In this document: piece after piece, positions 64,000-64,000 of the stretch
Layout of the letters: each line of letters begins with the position of its first letter
How positions within the stretch are numbered: the stretch's first letter is position 1
Source: Thermoguttaceae bacterium
GTDB taxonomy: Bacteria; Planctomycetota; Planctomycetia; Pirellulales; Thermoguttaceae
Direction: 5' to 3'
NCBI GenBank assembly: GCA_017550965.1
Contig: JAFZNK010000333.1
Coordinates: 3,935-67,934, forward strand
Length of the DNA stretch: 64,000 bases
Translations under genes and position numbers: made by a program
Notes under the pieces: generated by a model
Told to the model about the DNA's origin: nothing
Database searches by the model: none
The model's input: only the letters and a program-made list of their open reading frames with translations

Positions 64000-64000
64000 C

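Noticed and set aside
1-64000. Search for CRISPR arrays, IS elements or transposases, integrases, prophage genes, toxin-antitoxin pairs, defence-system ATPases or nucleases, rRNA and tRNA
   Set aside because: I saw no repeat-spacer periodicity, no DDE or tyrosine-recombinase-like ORFs, no terminal inverted repeats flanking a block, and no tRNA T-arm (GGTTCGAATCC-like) sequence. By-eye screening can miss short or degenerate elements. tRNAscan, Infernal and ISfinder-type searches are still needed.

Overview
This 64-kb window looks like ordinary chromosome. I support about 37 protein-coding genes, several stem-loop terminators and three weak promoter candidates. Reading by eye, I found no rRNA, tRNA, CRISPR array, transposase or integrase.

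The gene content suggests a Planctomycetota/PVC-type genome (inference from gene families only). The supporting features are:
- twin-arginine-signal Gfo/Idh/MocA oxidoreductase paired with DUF1080
- DUF1573 and DUF11-repeat surface proteins
- a membrane-anchored prenyltransferase-like repeat protein
- a signal peptidase I carrying a 4-Cys insert and a very large insertion
- single scattered flagellar export genes (fliJ-like, fliR)
- long low-complexity membrane proteins

Layout:
- 1-16 kb: hslU 3' end, then minus-strand sugar and envelope genes. These are a clan GH-A hydrolase, an NhaD/ArsB-like transporter with an aldolase-like TIM barrel, DUF1080 with a Gfo/Idh/MocA oxidoreductase, HtrA, a PfkB kinase, GH127, a prenyltransferase-like protein and proC.
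- 16-22 kb: apparent lepB, ECF sigma and large anti-sigma-like operon.
- 22-40 kb: hypothetical membrane protein, ACE-like metallopeptidase, Wza-like lipoprotein, FAD/BFD oxidoreductase, ilvB, FHA protein, fliJ-like gene, GH5, CorC/CNNM with TSUP, a second HtrA and fliR.
- 40-46 kb: rsmH followed directly by a 1486-aa bitopic, highly acidic, N/S-rich protein ending in a LysM domain.
- 46-64 kb: dipeptide epimerase, PduO-type adenosyltransferase, tsaE-yfhO, DUF11 and DUF1573 proteins, transglutaminase-like/TPR protein, lipoprotein, and lplT-aas (lplT runs off the window).

The best candidates for undescribed biology are the rsmH-linked LysM giant and the lepB/ECF-sigma/anti-sigma module. Both are hypotheses from architecture and synteny only.

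Functional calls rest on motifs I could read in the translations. No database search was run. Several genes appear to use TTG or GTG starts (aas, yfhO, the transglutaminase-like gene, htrA-1), and many ORF-track N-termini were trimmed to the first start with a plausible signal peptide or ribosome-binding site (RBS).
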